A stretch of 38,746 bases of DNA from a virus (Duplodnaviria > Heunggongvirae > Uroviricota > Caudoviricetes): the IMG/VR virus record IMGVR_UViG_2740892229_000013; one strand, written 5' to 3'. The position numbers and the translations under genes were made by a program. Position 1 is the stretch's first letter. Each line of letters starts with the position of its first letter. Of this stretch, positions 34,661 through 38,746 are shown piece by piece. The notes under the pieces are model-generated. The model was not told the DNA's origin, did no database searches, and saw only the letters and a program-made list of their open reading frames with translations.

Positions 34661-35623
34661 ATGTGGTACAGGGAAGGTACTATCACATTTACACAGGGCA
34701 GCAATACTCTGGTTGGGGCAGGGACAGCCTGGAACGTAACAGCTAATGGTGTGTTGCCGGGGATGATCGTCATTGGCCCCGACAATAAGCTGTATGAGAT
34801 CAAGCGCGTAACCAGTGATACGAACATTGTTCTCTCAGAACCTTATACCGGCGAAACTCAGTCTGAAGTTCCGTGCCGAATCATTACGACCTATGAAGGC
34901 GACTTAACACAGTTTAGCGCGCGCTTTACAGCACTAATGTCGCGTATGTCGGCTGATTCCAAGTCCATGCGCAGTTGGTTGACTGCTCTGGATGAGGTGA
35001 CAATCGAGCGTGAAGACGGTACAGAAGTGACCGTTAAGCCGCTAATGCAGATCGTCAACGAGCACAACGAAAACGTTGAGTGGTATAAAAATAACACTGA
35101 CGCGATTGATGCTGCTGGCGACAAAGCTCGTGAGGCGGCGGCCAGTGCTGCCGCAGCAGCAGAAAGCGCCAATATCGCTGGAGAAAAAGCCTCTCAAGCG
35201 TCTCAAAGTGCATCCGCTGCAGAGTCCTCAAAAAGCGCGGCGGCCACCAGTGCCGGTGCCGCGAAAACGTCTGAAACGAATGCTGCAGCGTCACAAAAAT
35301 CTGCAGCCACTTCTGCATCCACCGCGACCACGAAAGCGTCAGAAGCTGCCACCTCAGCCCGGGATGCGGCGGCCTCAAAAGAGGCAGCGAAATCATCAGA
35401 AACGAGCGCAGCCTCGAGCGCCAGTAATGCCGCTTCCTCGGCAACGGCGGCAGGAAATTCCGCGAAGGCGGCAAAAACGTCCGAGACGAACGCCAGGTCT
35501 TCTGAAACGGCAGCGGGACAGAGCGCCTCGGCTGCGGCAGGCTCAAAAACAGCGGCTGCGTCGTCTGCCAGTGCAGCGTCAACAAGTGCCGGGCAGGCCT
35601 CAGCCAGTGCCACCGCCGCCGGA
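34661..35623 (+). CDS. tail fibre protein with Stf-like Ala/Ser-rich central repeats, 3-prime end lost at N gap
   Basis: AAGGAG RBS; unique N-terminal about 150 aa then Ala/Ser/Thr-rich repeats nearly identical at DNA level to 36548-36815 and 36826-37170; runs into gap at 35624. Confidence 0.65.
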
Positions 35624-35633
35624 NNNNNNNNNN
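35624..35633. other. run of 10 N (assembly/scaffold gap 1)
   Basis: Literal n characters; reading frame and gene identity change across it. Confidence 0.95.
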
Positions 35634-35708
35634 GTCGCTTATGAAGGCTCCGGCAGTGGTGACTGGCGCACTGACGGGTTCATCGTGGGTGTTGGTTATA
35701 AATTCTGA
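35634..35708 (+). pseudogene. lom: 3-prime remnant of lom-like outer-membrane protein gene (last 24 codons)
   Basis: Encodes VAYEGSGSGDWRTDGFIVGVGYKF-stop, matching the lambda Lom C-terminus as I recall it; no upstream part present. Confidence 0.7.
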
Positions 35709-35734
35709 TTAGCCAGGTAACACAGTGTTATGAC

Positions 35735-35761
35735 AGCCCGCCGGTTCAGGCGGGCTTTTTT
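35735..35761 (+). terminator. rho-independent terminator
   Basis: AGCCCGCC (35735-35742) / GGCGGGCT (35749-35756) then TTTTT. Confidence 0.75.
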
Positions 35762-35772
35762 GTGGGGTGAAT

Positions 35773-38746
35773 ATGGCAGTAAAAATTTCAGGTGTACTGA
35801 AAGACGGCACAGGAAAACCGGTACAGAACTGCACAATCCAGCTGAAAGCAAAACGTAACAGTACCACGGTGGTGGTGAACACGCTGGCATCTGAAAATCC
35901 GGATGAAGCCGGGCGTTACAGTATGGACGTTGAGTACGGTCAGTACAGCGTTATTCTGTTGGTGGAAGGATTCCCGCCGTCACATGCCGGGACCATCACA
36001 GTGTATGAAGATTCCCGACCCGGTACGCTGAATGATTTTCTCGGTGCCATGACGGAGGATGATGCCCGTCCGGAGGCACTGCGCCGTTTTGAACTGATGG
36101 TGGAAGAGGTGGCGCGTAACGCGTCCGCGGTGGCACAGAACACGGCAGCCGCGAAGAAGTCAGCCAGCGATGCCGGCACATCAGCCCGTGAGGCGGCAAC
36201 CCATGCGACTGATGCTGCAGGCTCAGCACGTGCAGCCAGCACATCAGCCGGGCAGGCCGCGACGTCGGCTCAGTCAGCGTCTTCCAGCGCAGGAACGGCA
36301 TCAACAAAGGCTACTGAAGCATCAAAAAGTGCTGCCGCTGCAGAGTCCTCAAAAAGCGCGGCGGCCACCAGTNNNNNNNNNNCGCAGCCAGCACGTCAGC
36401 CGGACAGGCCGCGTCGTCGGCTCAGTCAGCGACTTCCAGCGCAGGAACGGCATCAACAAAGGCCACTGAAGCATCAAAAAGTGCTGCCGCTGCAGAGTCC
36501 TCAAAAAGCGCGGCAGCTACCAGTGCCAGTGCCGCGAAAACGTCAGAAACGAATGCGGCAGCGTCACAACAATCAGCAGCCACTTCTGCATCCACCGCGA
36601 CTACGAAAGCGTCAGAAGCTGCCACCTCAGCCCGGGATGCGGCGGCTTCAAAAGAGGCGGCAAAATCATCAGAAACGAACGCATCCTCGAGCGCCAGTAG
36701 CGCAGCTTCCTCGGCAACAGCGGCAGGAAATTCCGCGAAGGCGGCAAAAACGTCAGAGACGAACGCCAGGTCTTCTGAAACGGCAGCGGGACAGAGCGCC
36801 TCGGCTGCGGCAGGCNNNNNNNNNNGGCAGCGTCACAAAAATCTGCAGCCACTTCTGCATCCACCGCGACCACAAAGGCGTCAGAAGCTGCCATCTCAGC
36901 CCGGGATGCGGCGGCCTCAAAAGAGGCAGCGAAATCATCAGAAACGAACGCATCATCAAGTGCCAGTAGTGCAGCTTCCTCGGCAACGGCGGCAGCAAAT
37001 TCTGCGAAGGCGGCAAAAACGTCCGAGACGAACGCCAAGGCTTCTGAAACGGCAGCGGGACAGAGCGCCTCAGCTGCGGCAGGCTCAAAAACAGCGGCTG
37101 CATTATCTGCCAGTGCCGCGTCAACAAGTGCCGGGCAGGCCTCAGCCAGTGCCACCGCCGCCGGAAAATCGGCAGAAAGTGCTGCATCGTCTGCTTCAAC
37201 AGCCACAACGAATGCTGGCGAAGCCGCTGTACAGGCCAGCGCAGCAGCGAGGTCAGCTTCCGCAGCGAAGACATCCGAGACGAACGCGAAAGCGTCGGAA
37301 ACCAGCGCAGAATCCTCAAAAACGGCAGCGGCATCGTCCGCCAGTTCGGCGGCGTCATCGGCATCATCGGCGTCTGCTTCAAAAGATGAGGCGACCAGAC
37401 AGGCGTCAGCAGCGAAGAGCAGCGCCACGACGGCATCCACGAAAGCAACAGAGGCGGCAGGCAGTGCGACGGCGGCAGCACAGAGCAAAAGTACGGCGGA
37501 ATCCGCGGCAACGCGCGCCGAGACAGCGGCAAAACGGGCAGAGGATATTGCATCCGTCGTGGCGCTTGAGGATGCGAGCACGACGAAAAAGGGGGTAGTA
37601 CAGCTCAGCAGTGCGACCAACAGTACGTCTGAAACGCTGGCGGCAACGCCAAAGGCAGTAAAATCAGCCTATGACAATGCAGAGAAACGTCTGCAGAAAG
37701 ACCAGAACGGCGCTGATATACCCGACAAGGACCGCTTCCTGAGTAACATTAATGTTTACAGCAAAGGTGAAGTGGATCAGAAAAAGGGGATGCGATACGT
37801 TGTGGTAAATGCCCCGGCGGGTGTCCAGGAAGGTAAATATTATCCGTTAGTGATAAAAAGGAATGACAGCCATCGGGCATCCCGCGTTGTCATTTCAACG
37901 CCAAGTCGCTCAGCTAATCACAGAATGAATAATTGTGAGTTTAATGGTTTTGTTTGCGCAGGCGGCTGGACGGACCGGGGTAGCTATGCCTGTGGTATGT
38001 TCTGGGCTTATTCAACATCGGAACGCGCTATTCATTCCATTCTGATGAGTAATAAAGGCGATACCGTAGACAGCGTATTCTATATAGAAGGTGGGGCATT
38101 TCCCGTAGAGGTCTTTTTAGAAGAAGGTCTCTCCGTTACTGCACCTGCTTCTGATTATATTGTTGCTGAAACGACTTATAAATTTGGCGCAACTGATCCT
38201 TATTCTGAATCAGTTGCGGTAAATTTAATTTTAGATTTTAAACAAGGTAATGGATTTTATAGTTCATATCCTGTTTTGAGTAAGTCAGACATTAGCGGGA
38301 ATAAGATTTACGCTAATGATGAAGTTATTGTCCGTAGTCAGAACGCGTTAAGGATGATTGCAGGTGATTACGGTGTCATATGGCGAAATGATGGAGCAAA
38401 TACTTACTTGCTCATGACTGATAAAGGCGACCAGTACGGTGGCTGGAACGGTCTTCGACCATTTGCAGTAAATAACGCAACAGGTGAAGTGACGATCAAT
38501 ACACCACTTAATTCTCCTAAGGGGATTAAGGGAAATTCTGATACAGCTACGAAACTTCAGACAGCAATAAAAATATCTGGTGTTTCGTTTGATGGTTCTA
38601 CTGATATCACTTTAACCGCTGCGCATGTTGCTGCTTTTGCCAGAAGAGCAACGGATACGTATGCCGATGCGGATGGGGGCGTTCCATGGAATGCCGAATC
38701 AGGCGCTTACAATGTCACCCGCTCTGGCGACAGCTATATTCTGGTT
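35773..38746 (+). CDS. stf: lambda Stf-like side tail fibre, interrupted by two N gaps, 3-prime partial
   Basis: N-terminus MAVKISGVLKDGTGKPVQNCTIQLKAKRNSTTVVVN matches lambda Stf as recalled; frame 1 to 36372, frame 0 for 36384-36815, frame 2 from 36827 to window end with no stop. Confidence 0.8.
36373..36382. other. run of 10 N (assembly/scaffold gap 2)
   Basis: Literal n characters; flanks are about 93 percent identical redundant copies. Confidence 0.95.
36816..36825. other. run of 10 N (assembly/scaffold gap 3)
   Basis: Literal n characters; sequence after gap restarts about 270 bp upstream in the repeat unit. Confidence 0.95.

Larger units (their letters stand above)
35130..37520 (+). 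repeat. Ala/Ser/Thr-rich fibre repeat region present in multiple near-identical copies across the gaps
   Basis: Near-identical DNA at 35285-35623, 36548-36815 and 36826-37170. Confidence 0.7.

Noticed and set aside
35767-36969. ORF-track model of a 400-aa protein
   Set aside because: Only the first part (to 36372) is in the true fibre frame; beyond the N gap the tool continues in a shifted frame giving an Arg-rich artefact.
35055-37620. Long Arg/Pro/Gln-rich plus-strand ORFs and Ala-rich minus-strand ORFs in the fibre repeat region (e.g. 35076..35708, 36906..37598, 36601..37620 minus)
   Set aside because: Alternative-frame and antisense readings of GCN-rich Ala/Ser repeats; the sense frame matching Stf-like fibre sequence is the plausible one; several span N gaps.
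1-38746. tRNA, rRNA, integrase or repressor genes
   Set aside because: No cloverleaf-like tRNA candidates, rRNA-like stretches, or integrase or repressor motifs noticed by eye; absence in this window does not exclude them elsewhere in the genome.

Overview
This window looks like a tailed-phage (siphovirus-type) genome segment, read here entirely from sequence with no searches run. From left to right it holds: a gene-free, A/C-rich leader carrying a GGGAAACGG-type direct-repeat array (1-1000); five small plus-strand early genes, each followed by its own intrinsic terminator (1093-3734); a second gene-free, repeat- and palindrome-rich interval (3770-4350); a minus-strand operon with three small genes in an AT-richer island, a secreted protein, a lipoprotein and an SF2 helicase (4351-8960); then a plus-strand block with a translationally coupled ParB-like/ParB-like/ABC-ATPase/GNAT-like cassette, a winged-helix protein, terminase small and large subunits, portal, scaffold, major capsid, an Ig-like decoration protein, head-tail joining proteins, major tail protein, G/GT-type chaperone, tape measure, and lambda-like M-L-K-I-J tail-tip genes (9043-34568). 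The window ends in a tail-fibre locus broken by three runs of 10 N, containing a lom 3-prime remnant and a lambda Stf-like fibre that runs off the end. The most interesting candidate for an undescribed system is the four-gene ParB/ParB/ABC-ATPase/GNAT cassette. Two recurrent palindrome families and the iteron-like arrays suggest phage-specific regulatory or origin elements. The fibre locus is not reliable as assembled.
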